Part shown: positions 28,337-38,127 of the stretch, in pieces
How the letters are laid out: each line of letters opens with the position of its first letter
Position numbering within the stretch: the stretch's first letter is position 1
Source: a virus
Lineage: Duplodnaviria > Caudoviricetes
Length of the DNA: 64,000 nt
Virus record (IMG/VR): IMGVR_UViG_3300021399_000126
Coordinates: 1-64,000 of that record
Strand: one strand, 5' to 3'
Translations under genes and position numbers: made by a program
The notes under the pieces: model-generated
The model's database searches: none
What the model saw: the letters and a program-made list of their open reading frames with translations, nothing else
What the model was told of the DNA's origin: nothing

Positions 28337-28903
28337 TTATTTCCTTCTAGCTCTGTAGTAAGAAGGTCTTCTATAAGTATACTCATCATCTTCGTCAATT
28401 GTGCCATTCTTAAATTCAGCTTCTAACTTATACTGCTTGAATATAAGTTTCGCGTGCTGAACAGGAGTAATATTCTTATGAACATATGATGAAAGTCGAT
28501 TAATACTCATCTGAAACTCAACGTCTAATGCTCTCTTGAATCCTTCCTGATAAGATATGATATCAGTATTATTATTGGCATATTTACCAAGTTCATAAAA
28601 ACAAATTGGCTGATCAGATTTTTCAGTATTAGTAAAATACATTGTGAATATATCAGATGAACGAATATAATCTGCTTCCCAATTAATCTGTCTTCTGATT
28701 TCTTCTGTATCAGAATTCTTAGGCCACTTATCACGACGAGGATTAAATATAACAAGTTTATCAGTCTTTTCCTCAGGTAAAGACTTTAAGTAGTCAATTA
28801 CCTCCTGCTGCCAATCATCACAATCGGTTATACCACCAGCAAGAAACACGGTAATCTCTTCTCTAGTAGGAACATAGTATTCTGGTGCAGTAATTACTTT
28901 CAT
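28337..28903 (-). CDS. Nucleoside 2-deoxyribosyltransferase-like protein
   Basis: VFLAGGI..C.DWQ, FNPRR, QINWE and PI.FYELG motifs. Confidence 0.75.
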   Translation of the reverse strand: MKVITAPEYYVPTREEITVFLAGGITDCDDWQQEVIDYLKSLPEEKTDKLVIFNPRRDKWPKNSDTEEIRRQINWEADYIRSSDIFTMYFTNTEKSDQPICFYELGKYANNNTDIISYQEGFKRALDVEFQMSINRLSSYVHKNITPVQHAKLIFKQYKLEAEFKNGTIDEDDEYTYRRPSYYRARRK

Positions 28904-29251
28904 TTTTTTTTCTCCTTTTAATTATTTTTAAATTCTTTTACAGATTTTATAAAACCTTTAATAAAGCCAACGATATGACCGCTAATATATACAAATGGTG
29001 CTATAATTATATAAATAACTTTCATACTTTAAATACCTCCATAATTTCCGTATATAACATCTGATTTAGTAAAGAATTTATCATAAAATTTGAAATGTGG
29101 TTCACTATTAGTCAGTGTAGCAATTGCTAATTCTATCCCATTGATCATACCGATAGCATGCTCATCATCATAACTAGATAAACTGTCTTGAGCAGATCTA
29201 AATTTGGAAACTATAGCATCTAATTCATTTTTATCCATTTTTTCTCCTCAT

Positions 29252-29905
29252 TTAAAAATCACAAACCTTTATCTTTACTGTAATTCGTTTGCCATTTCGA
29301 TCGTACAAGTCTTCATAGGGCTTACAAACTAATCCTTCCATATTAGCAGTTCCAATCAATGACTTTGGATGAGTCTTAACAAATTTTACAGCATTGTCAA
29401 GTGGCCCAACACATACAATAGGAACTACATCTATTCCTAAAGATTTAGCAATATCTTCAAGGCTGCTTCGGTTCGCCCAAACATTACTTCCTGGGAAATA
29501 AATGTCAAACAAGATAAATGAAGTATCATCTGGAATATAGTCTTTGCCACATTTCTGTATCTTATTACCGTAACCTTCACCAAAGAATATAACTTCTTTT
29601 TCACCAAATAACTGTTCGAGTAGCTCTTCCATTTCATTAGTTAAGAATATACTTTCCAACTTTTCTAGAAGATGCTTTGGAATATCAGCTTTTTCAGTTC
29701 TTCCTTGAAACGAAACTTTATGACCATCCCATATTATGCCAATGTTTGTACCATCAATTTTTTCTGTGCAAATCCAATCAAGATCTTTCAAATATTCTAC
29801 AGCTTTATTACGGAACTGCCCCTCAATCAACTTCTTAGTTCCTTCTGTATCACGTTCGTAGATTGTTTCAATTTTTGTATAAGTGTACATATTATCTCCT
29901 TTCAA
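29252..29905 (-). CDS. RNA ligase (Rnl2-like nucleotidyltransferase)
   Basis: EKIDGTN, FGEGYG, FDI, EGLV and KIK motifs. Confidence 0.8.
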   Translation of the reverse strand: MKGDNMYTYTKIETIYERDTEGTKKLIEGQFRNKAVEYLKDLDWICTEKIDGTNIGIIWDGHKVSFQGRTEKADIPKHLLEKLESIFLTNEMEELLEQLFGEKEVIFFGEGYGNKIQKCGKDYIPDDTSFILFDIYFPGSNVWANRSSLEDIAKSLGIDVVPIVCVGPLDNAVKFVKTHPKSLIGTANMEGLVCKPYEDLYDRNGKRITVKIKVCDF

Positions 29906-31663
29906 GAATTAAATTTTTATTTCCACAATATAATATCTGACTCTGGTACATTTTTTTCATCTGGGATATCAGTTATACCATAATGTATATCGTATCTTTT
30001 TTCAACATTATCATCTAACACATGTATATTTGATATAACACCCATAAGATAGCTTGACTTAGGATATAATGCATTAGATGTGGTCATAACTTTGTCACCT
30101 AATTTATACTTACTTTTACTCATTTATTTATCCTTTCTTATCCCTCACAATCCTCTCTGCCTTTTCATTAAACTTAAATAACCATTCATCATTTTCACGA
30201 ATATCATCATTTGATAGTGAAAGGAAAGTAACACCTTTTTTGTCATTGGATCCCCTTTGAACTACTACAGCTATCTGTAAACCTACAATCTTTGTATCAT
30301 CTTCAATGTTTAATGTAAATGCTTTCTTCATTTATTATTCCTCAACTTCCGTAAAAAGGACATTTACCCTGTTCACGTTCCTCACAACAGCTATTTAATG
30401 TTCTGCCTGTCTCGTATCTACGCATATATTTAACATTTTCTTCTTCAAGCATTATCAAAAAATGTTTCCACAACTTTATAGGATGTATGTCAGTACATGA
30501 TAGATCTGGAGTATCTATTAAGAATGTGAATATATAAGTCTTGTTCAGTACTAAATAGAAGTTGACATATAATTCTGCATCTGCCCCCTCAATCTTCTTT
30601 GTTGTTTTGGTTGAGAACAGTTTTATCTTTTTCATACTTCCTCACTTTCCATCAGTGGCTTTTATAGTATGATTATAATTCCAACAATGATCAATATCAA
30701 TGTATTCAGTAGTATTATCAGAAGCTCGTTCTTTAAATTCTGTGAATATATCATCTATACAATTAGTACAAATAACCAAATTTTCTATAGAATCGATACT
30801 ATCATTGCCCCAATCATGATGACCTGTCGTTACTTCATACCACTCAATGCGTTTCGAGTATTTTATTTCTCTTATATCTTTAAATTCATCATGCACAATT
30901 TGTCTAATTAATTTACCACATTTATCGCAATATACTTCTGTTATATAAGGAACTTTTTGTTCAATTATAGCACTTTTATATTGTATTTTTTCACTCATAA
31001 TAAGCATCCTCTTCATCTACTATTTTACGCCAATGTGTTATATCGTTCTTAAAACTAACCATACTATCAGGATCATGATGTATAGAATAATAATATGATT
31101 TATAATATTCATCTATTCCATAATTATTATTTTTGCACTTAAATAAATAAAATCCATCTTCTTTAGGCAGCCCTTCTTTTTCGACATTATGCCAAATATA
31201 ATTCTCTAATGCATTTATACAAGGCTTGGATTCATGTTCATCAAGTTTATATGCTTTATAGTCATAAGCAGGCCAATTTTTAATATTAGTTAGTACATCT
31301 ACAGCTCTCATATCCATATTTATTTACCCTTTCTTTTATCTGAATAAATAGCTGATGATAGTAAGTTTATTACTTCTTCAATATCATTTTCATCAAAAAC
31401 ATTAAACATATCAGCATCTGTGTAGTCACTTTTCAAATCCCAGTCATATTCCGCTAATAAATCATCACCATTAGTATCTATATAAAAGGCTCCGAATGTT
31501 GGATAATCTAAATCACCACTCGTAATATGAATAGCTGGATCAAACGAGTCATTATTCCAATTTTCTTGAAATACAAATTTTTTACCTGGATTACTGGTCA
31601 ACAAAGTTAAAAATTCATTTCTGGTTAAATTTTTCATATTCGCCCTTTCTTTTTTTTTTTTTT

Positions 31664-32218
31664 TTATTCTATATATTTGAAAAATTCTTTAAGTCCAAAC
31701 TTCTTTTTTATTATGGCCATAGCAAGTCCTTTTTCTTTGTCCCATCTTTCACCTTTATTGACTTTTACAACTGTCTTAGACCCATCTTCCCATAATACTA
31801 TGGTAGCTGGTTTATTAAATATAACTTTCTTTATTCCTAAATTTACATTAGCTGGTAATTCATAAATTGATTTTCCGTAAATTGAATTAAGGGCCATCTT
31901 TGTAGGCATTGGATGCATACCATAAAATGAATTAGTCACAGAAATACGTGTATAATTAATTGTAACGTATACTTCATCAAAGAAGGTATCATTATTAGAT
32001 ACCAGAAGTTTAACATATTTATTGTCAAACAACAACTTGAAATTATTAGATGATGTTAAATCTGTAGTGATCCTACAATTATTAGAATTTGAAATAATAC
32101 CAGTTACTATTAAGTTTGAGATGACAATATCATCATCAAAATTTTTAATTTCATGTGGCACCATGATGTTAAATTCTTCACAACGAGGAATTTCACCTAA
32201 AGATATATGTTTAATCAT
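31664..32218 (-). CDS. Phage protein with the IKKVIFN.PATIV.W.DG.KTVVK domain
   Basis: Recognisable conserved phage C-terminal domain. Confidence 0.65.
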   Translation of the reverse strand: MIKHISLGEIPRCEEFNIMVPHEIKNFDDDIVISNLIVTGIISNSNNCRITTDLTSSNNFKLLFDNKYVKLLVSNNDTFFDEVYVTINYTRISVTNSFYGMHPMPTKMALNSIYGKSIYELPANVNLGIKKVIFNKPATIVLWEDGSKTVVKVNKGERWDKEKGLAMAIIKKKFGLKEFFKYIE

Positions 32219-33467
32219 TATTATTTATCCTTTCTTTTCCATATTCATCAATAATTCGCAATATATCATCTTTCATATCTCTTGCCCCTTTATGCCCCTC
32301 ATAAGAACTTACAGATACATAATCTACAGGGTTTAACCTCTCTATTTTTTTCACTATCTCATCAAGTACAGCCTTTTTCATATCTCCAACTGTAGTTCCT
32401 TCTGGAATGATAATGATTCGTTCCAAATCTTTTTCTTTAAGGGTTCCCTTATGGACTAAATTTTTTAATCGGCAAAGCAAGCTCATTCCTTTTTAATCCT
32501 CACTTTAATATAATCTCTAATAGCAGATGTATCATTCTTTAAATCATTATATATTGATTCATCTATGGCATATGCATATATTTTGCAATTTTTTCTCCTC
32601 ATACCACATCTGCAGTATCTATTTGTTTCTGTTACACTGTCAAGTATTGGTGACACAGATCTAAAAGTTGTATAATCATTGAACGCGTCACCAACTCCTT
32701 CATATATTACAGCTCTAACACCATAATATACCTTGCCTTCTATATTGACACTGATGGTGTCAAATTCTTCTATCATATATTCATCGCCAAATATATAACA
32801 TTTGTTGCCCAAAAAATCTTTTTCTTCTCTAACTGCACAATATAATTCTGCCTTCTTTTTGTCATCGAATACTGCGCATATATGATAATCAGAATATTCA
32901 CCCTCTGTCACAACATAAATTTTCATTTTATTTCTCCTTTTGAAGTTTTCTCATTTCATCATTCCACAACTTTCTTACTTTAGAATCACTCCATTTAGGC
33001 AAGTCAAATACTATAGTGTATTTACATTTGCAACAAGTAATAATTACATGCCCATTTCCGTCCATGATACTTTTACGACGATTATGGCCACAAATACAAG
33101 GTAAATAATGAGAATCATCCGTACAAGTCTTTACTGGTTTTTTGTATTCCCTATCCCAAAATTTATATGCTGGACAATCATCACAATTATGTTCAGGACA
33201 TATTGAACTGTCTATTACAGCACATATACTAGCTGGATATTCGTCTATTTTTAAACCAAAAACCTCTTCAAATTTTTCAGCGTTTGTCATATTTTACCTC
33301 TTCTTTTTTAATTCTAATACATTTTTCAGCCCATGGTCCAGGCACATATGCATAATCATGAATTGGATCTTCTATTGCAGTTTCCCAATCGGCACAGTCT
33401 ACTTTTTCATCACAGATATCGAATTCGGGACAATCTCCACAATTTACATATTCTACCATTTTTCACC

Positions 33468-34250
33468 TCACCAATTAGTAGCTATATCTATGCCAGTAGG
33501 ATTCCATTTAACAAATCCTCCAGTATCACATACAATAGCTAAACCAAGACTTGTTTGAACTAATGATCCATATGGATGAAGATCAAAATTTGCAGCGACC
33601 ATAATATAATCGCCAAACATCTTGCAACCATCCTCACGGACCCAATATTCTCCTTTATAGCCTTTATTTTTTAGTCGAGTTACTATACCAGACATATCCA
33701 AATTGTAATATGTCTCTGATCCGTTTGGCCCCTGTATACGTCCACGAGATGAGGATAATTTTGTGCCGTCATAAGAATATAATGGTTCAATGTCCGTTAT
33801 GTATTCAGACATAACATATAAAATCTCATCATCATACTCGATAAGACTCCAATCGCCGCATTTTCCTACAACCATTATCTCTTCATATGGTCTCAATACA
33901 CAATAAACATTGTCCTCACTATCTTTATTAGCAGATACTCGAGCATTTAAATAATTTCCTCGTACCTGTTTAAGATGCTTGTCTACCCATTCGGCAATCG
34001 GCTTATTTTGACGTATATGCTCGGAAATATAAGTTAAGTCTTCTTCTAGATATTGCTCATAATTTTTATCATGAGCTAACAATCTAGCTGCACCACCAAG
34101 TGGTAACTCTGCAGAAATATAATTTTTAGGTATTGGCTCTCCAAAGTTTTCTATGTTTTCATGTTCAGGTATTAAAAATGGTACGATAATAAATGATAAA
34201 ACTATAAATAATATAATGATTATAAACCACTTATTTTTTGATTTCATCAT
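33468..34250 (-). CDS. Membrane-anchored SH3-like plus 3D/lytic-transglycosylase-like cell-wall protein
   Basis: N-terminal TM; LNARVS...GDWSLI...YVMSEYI (SH3b-like); VAAN...PYGSLV.TSLG...DTGG...IDI. Confidence 0.6.
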   Translation of the reverse strand: MMKSKNKWFIIIILFIVLSFIIVPFLIPEHENIENFGEPIPKNYISAELPLGGAARLLAHDKNYEQYLEEDLTYISEHIRQNKPIAEWVDKHLKQVRGNYLNARVSANKDSEDNVYCVLRPYEEIMVVGKCGDWSLIEYDDEILYVMSEYITDIEPLYSYDGTKLSSSRGRIQGPNGSETYYNLDMSGIVTRLKNKGYKGEYWVREDGCKMFGDYIMVAANFDLHPYGSLVQTSLGLAIVCDTGGFVKWNPTGIDIATNW

Positions 34251-35268
34251 GACCCTCTTTACTTCTCCTGATGTGATAGAAATACCTGATTATACCATTT
34301 ACTGCCTTTTATGCATCTTCTTAATACTTCAGCTTTACTAATATTTAATTTTTCTGCCTGTTCACAGACCCATTTGTAATCGTCAGAATCTATAAAAGTA
34401 GTTACTGGAAAAGTATAATTAGCATTTAGACTTCTTTTATTAGGTCTCTTATCATGTGGCATTTTATAATGATTCATATCATTCTCAACCCTCTTTTCTC
34501 CATATATTATACAAACAAGATTTATGAAAATATTCTTTTTTACTGCCAGTACCTTTTCTTATTACATATTGAACATCTGGGTTCTTGCCATGAAGTTCAA
34601 AATCATAAATACAATTATGACAAAATTTACAGCGTCTAGCCATACTATAACTCATATCATTTTTCACTTTCCTCAGGAAATAATGCATTTATTAATTCTT
34701 GATCTATTACAGTACCCAATTTGATTTCCAGCATAAGCTTATGAACATTATTGATTCTTTTATAGCAATCTATTTCTTCCTTAAGATTACCGATCATTGA
34801 TTCATAATGTTTGATCGACTTATCTACTAATTCATTTGTAGTCAGCTCTTCAACCATTATTTCCTCATTTTCTGTCTTAGAGTTTAATACATACCACGCA
34901 CATGTATCACAATTATGATTACATACACCACTTTGTACTGCCATAGCACACATTTGTTTTTTAATATTATCACTGTTTTCTTTTGCCTTTTTCTTATTGA
35001 TAAAGAGAGATTTGAGCCAATAAATAATCTTTTCAAATATATTTAATTCTCTCATTTTTTACTCCTCTTTTTCCACCTTTTACATTCTTTCCTATATCGT
35101 CTTGAATACTTTTCTAAAATCTCATATAAGGCAATTTCATTTATCTGTGTCTGTCCTAATGGATCTACGACATACCAATCCTCTCCTAAAAGATAATTGA
35201 TTATAAATGTTCTAAATTCTGCATCTGACACACCGACACCGAACATATTATCTTTATCTTCACGGTTT

Positions 35269-36009
35269 TTATATCGTTCGTTCATAAATTCTATGAGTGT
35301 CATTTCTTTTATCTTCACTTTCTATCACCCACTTACCTTCATATTGTGGTAGCCACTCCTTTTCTGAATCTGAACTTAAATCATATGGCTTTATAAAAAT
35401 ATCTATATAGTCATTATCTTCTATTCTGTGATAACTATAACAATATTTAAAATCACTATGTTTTTCGTCCCATCCAAGAGTTGATTTATATTGCAAAGGA
35501 TCTAACCCAAGTGAGTCTACTAGATCTCTGAAATATATATACTTCTTTTCTTTCAACATAACTTCAAAATTATTAATGATACGATGTATAAAAATAATAT
35601 TGTACTCGAAATTGTCATTCATCCATTCTGATGATTGATCATCGAATTTTAATCTTATCATGTTATTTTTCTCACTTTCTACTTTATATTGTTCAAACAT
35701 ATCAATAACACTAAGACAATAGTTGATACCTTTAAGAAATTCCGTTTTACCATTAACTTCTTGTTCCCATGCTCCGGTATCCATTATCTCTGACTTAATC
35801 TTGTCAAGTACCTCAATCATTTCCTTTGGCAGATCCATTAGCCCTGCTTGGTATAACTCAAAGTCGAAAGGCACTGTGTCTTGCTCTAATAGTTTGATTA
35901 CACTATCATATATTTCAATATTTTCAAGAGTATCTGCTTGATTCAATCGTTCTTCATCTCGCCTTTTCCACTCTTTGAAAATTCTTATTAATTCTTCTTT
36001 TGCCATCAT
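35269..36009 (-). CDS. Composite hypothetical protein with a DUF6353-like C-terminal module
   Basis: YIYFRDLVDSLGL...LGW segment. Confidence 0.5.
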   Translation of the reverse strand: MMAKEELIRIFKEWKRRDEERLNQADTLENIEIYDSVIKLLEQDTVPFDFELYQAGLMDLPKEMIEVLDKIKSEIMDTGAWEQEVNGKTEFLKGINYCLSVIDMFEQYKVESEKNNMIRLKFDDQSSEWMNDNFEYNIIFIHRIINNFEVMLKEKKYIYFRDLVDSLGLDPLQYKSTLGWDEKHSDFKYCYSYHRIEDNDYIDIFIKPYDLSSDSEKEWLPQYEGKWVIESEDKRNDTHRIYERTI

Positions 36010-36577
36010 TTCTTATTCCTCACTATCAAAACAAAACCTTTACTTCTTCTCTATTATTTTTATTTAGAAAAACAATAGTTTTACCTGATATCAATTTGCA
36101 ATAGTTATTAGCTGCTTCAGTTAAAGTTTTTCCTCTCCCAACTACACCTTTAAAACAGTAAACATCGTCAATCCAGCCATCCTTATATCCAACACAAATA
36201 TTGTCATCAATGTCCTTAGATACTTCCAAAGGATGATTATCAAGGCTTAATAATTTATTAAATGTGTCATATATTTCATTGTTGACATCTTGTCTGTTAT
36301 AACCTCTAAAAGCATTTAATGCTCTTTCATATAAATCGTTTCCTTTTTCATCTGAAATACTTTTCTGATTTGTATATTTGTCGAATATATCGCATATCTC
36401 TGTAGCAATGTCTAAATCATCAATATATTCTAAAATCTCATCTCTTATCTTGCCAAGTACTTCAATCATTTCTTTTGAAGATACTGTATTATCTGCCATT
36501 ATTTATTCCTCTCTTTCTGTGGTGCTATATCGGCAACACCACTTTCCGCCGCTGATTTTCCCTCAGCAGTAAAAGAA

Positions 36578-36661
36578 TGCTGGCAACGAGACTCGAACTC
36601 GTACGATCTTACGATCATTGGATTTTAAGTCCAAGGCGTCTACCTATTCCGCCATGCCAGC
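36578..36661 (-). tRNA. tRNA-Leu(TAA)
   Basis: GCTGGCA/TGCCAGC acceptor stem; TTGGA-CT-TAA-AA-TCCAA anticodon arm; long variable arm; ACGAG-TTCGAGT-CTCGT T arm; no encoded CCA. Confidence 0.92.
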
Positions 36662-36761
36662 ATGAATAGAGCTCACTAGAAAGGAGGTTGTGAATATAAT
36701 TATGTGAGACTCTATTCTAAAAATGTGAGGTAAAAATGGAAATTAGGCTCTTACAAGCCAA

Positions 36762-36880
36762 TGGTGTGGGTAGGGAATCGAACCCTACATGATGGTATCA
36801 AATACTGATTAGCTACTTCAGTCTTCATCGTGATTATACTTGATATAACCACTGCGTTTATCCACTTCCGCCACCACACC
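36762..36880 (-). tRNA. Aberrant 119-nt tRNA-Leu(CAA)-like RNA
   Basis: GGTGTGG/CCACACC-A acceptor; Leu-type D arm; 8-bp anticodon stem with loop ATCAAGT; about 40-nt variable region; 6-bp T stem with TTCGATT loop. Confidence 0.65.
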
Positions 36881-36925
36881 ACTCAACATTACGGAGGACC
36901 GTGTCCATTATGCAAAACACGGACA

Positions 36926-36997
36926 CAGGGCTAGTCGGATTCGAACCGACGCATCCAGCAGTCAAAGTGCTGTGTCTTTCCGCTTGGCTATAGCCCT
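36926..36997 (-). tRNA. tRNA-Gln(TTG)
   Basis: AGGGCTA/TAGCCCT acceptor; CAGCA-CT-TTG-AC-TGCTG anticodon arm; GTCGG-TTCGAAT-CCGAC T arm. Confidence 0.92.
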
Positions 36998-37033
36998 AAA
37001 AAGATTAGAGGAACCTTAATAGATTCCTCTAAT
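36998..37033 (-). terminator. Cassette-end hairpin directly abutting the tRNA-Gln 5' end
   Basis: AGAGGAAUC-UAUUAA-GGUUCCUCU followed by AAUCUUU. Confidence 0.6.
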
Positions 37034-37067
37034 GTCGTTACCAATATTCAATTTTCATCGGGGAGTT

Positions 37068-37256
37068 TTATGACTCCTCAGTATTATCAGCATCAGAATC
37101 GGAGTCATCCAACTCATCAGCATCACAGATCTCGAAGTCATCTTCGGTCATGGTCTTCTTACGACCACCGAAGATTCCCCAGAGAATCCCGGCGATGCCT
37201 GCAGCTGTGATTCCAGCTCCGATACCAACTTTTGCCTTGTTACTAAGTTTCTTCAT
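37068..37256 (-). CDS. Small single-TM cassette protein with an acidic tail
   Basis: MKKLSNKAKVGIGAGITAAGIAGILWGIFGG... Confidence 0.7.
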   Translation of the reverse strand: MKKLSNKAKVGIGAGITAAGIAGILWGIFGGRKKTMTEDDFEICDADELDDSDSDADNTEES

Positions 37257-37301
37257 AATTTGTTCTCCTTTCATGTTGAAACTTTCATTGGTTATTACAT
37301 C

Positions 37302-37326
37302 ATTATATAAGTAATATTTTTTGCGA
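37302..37326 (-). promoter_or_regulatory. Phage promoter motif
   Basis: TCGCA-N14-TATAAT. Confidence 0.7.
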
Positions 37327-37758
37327 TTTATTCGTTTGTTAATCCAAGAACTACATCATCTTTATTCATGCACCTCCGGCTTATCCTCTTCATACTTCTG
37401 AATACCGCAGATATTAGCATAATTTATGGCCGCTACTTCTTCACGATAGTTACCATTATTAACATAGAAAACAATTTCATCAGTATAGCTGTTATGCTCA
37501 TATCCATGTGCTGTTATTATGATGCTTTCATCTTCACTAAACTCCGGAATAATAACTTCAAACATGTTTAGTCTTTTTTCCTTAGTTGCTTCTTCTACGT
37601 CAGGATATACCATAAAATTAGCATTATTCACGATACCAACCAGATTCTTTTTACACCAAATACTGTGTACTTTTTTATAATCAAGATAAGTATAAAGCGT
37701 ATTAGTTACATCAGACATTTTAAAAAACTTTATGTTTCTAAGAACTCTTGTTTTCTTG

Positions 37759-38127
37759 TTATTGAATATTATTGTTGCATTCATCTTTTTTCTCCTCTTT
37801 TTTATAAATATAATGATCGCAATCGAATCCATTTATAGTAAGCCAATCAAATAGAACCTCATCTTGCATGGATGATTCACAGACCAATATTGGATCTTTA
37901 CCATGTGCTAAATATAATAATCTATTTAATGTATAAATAACATCAAGATTATTCAATTTATCGGCATATCCAATTCTATCGTCTTTTTTAACAGGTGCTA
38001 AATCTGGATACTCAATACCTCCGCCATTAACATACCAAGGTGGTGCTTTTCGAGCTACAGATATAGGAATACCAATATTTTCATCTGGCTTTTTTGTAAT
38101 ATCTATAAATCTACTTAGATATATCAT
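37759..38127 (-). CDS. DUF488-like protein
   Basis: PISVARKAPPWY...Y..LAP...ILVC motif pattern. Confidence 0.45.
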   Translation of the reverse strand: MIYLSRFIDITKKPDENIGIPISVARKAPPWYVNGGGIEYPDLAPVKKDDRIGYADKLNNLDVIYTLNRLLYLAHGKDPILVCESSMQDEVLFDWLTINGFDCDHYIYKKEEKKDECNNNIQ

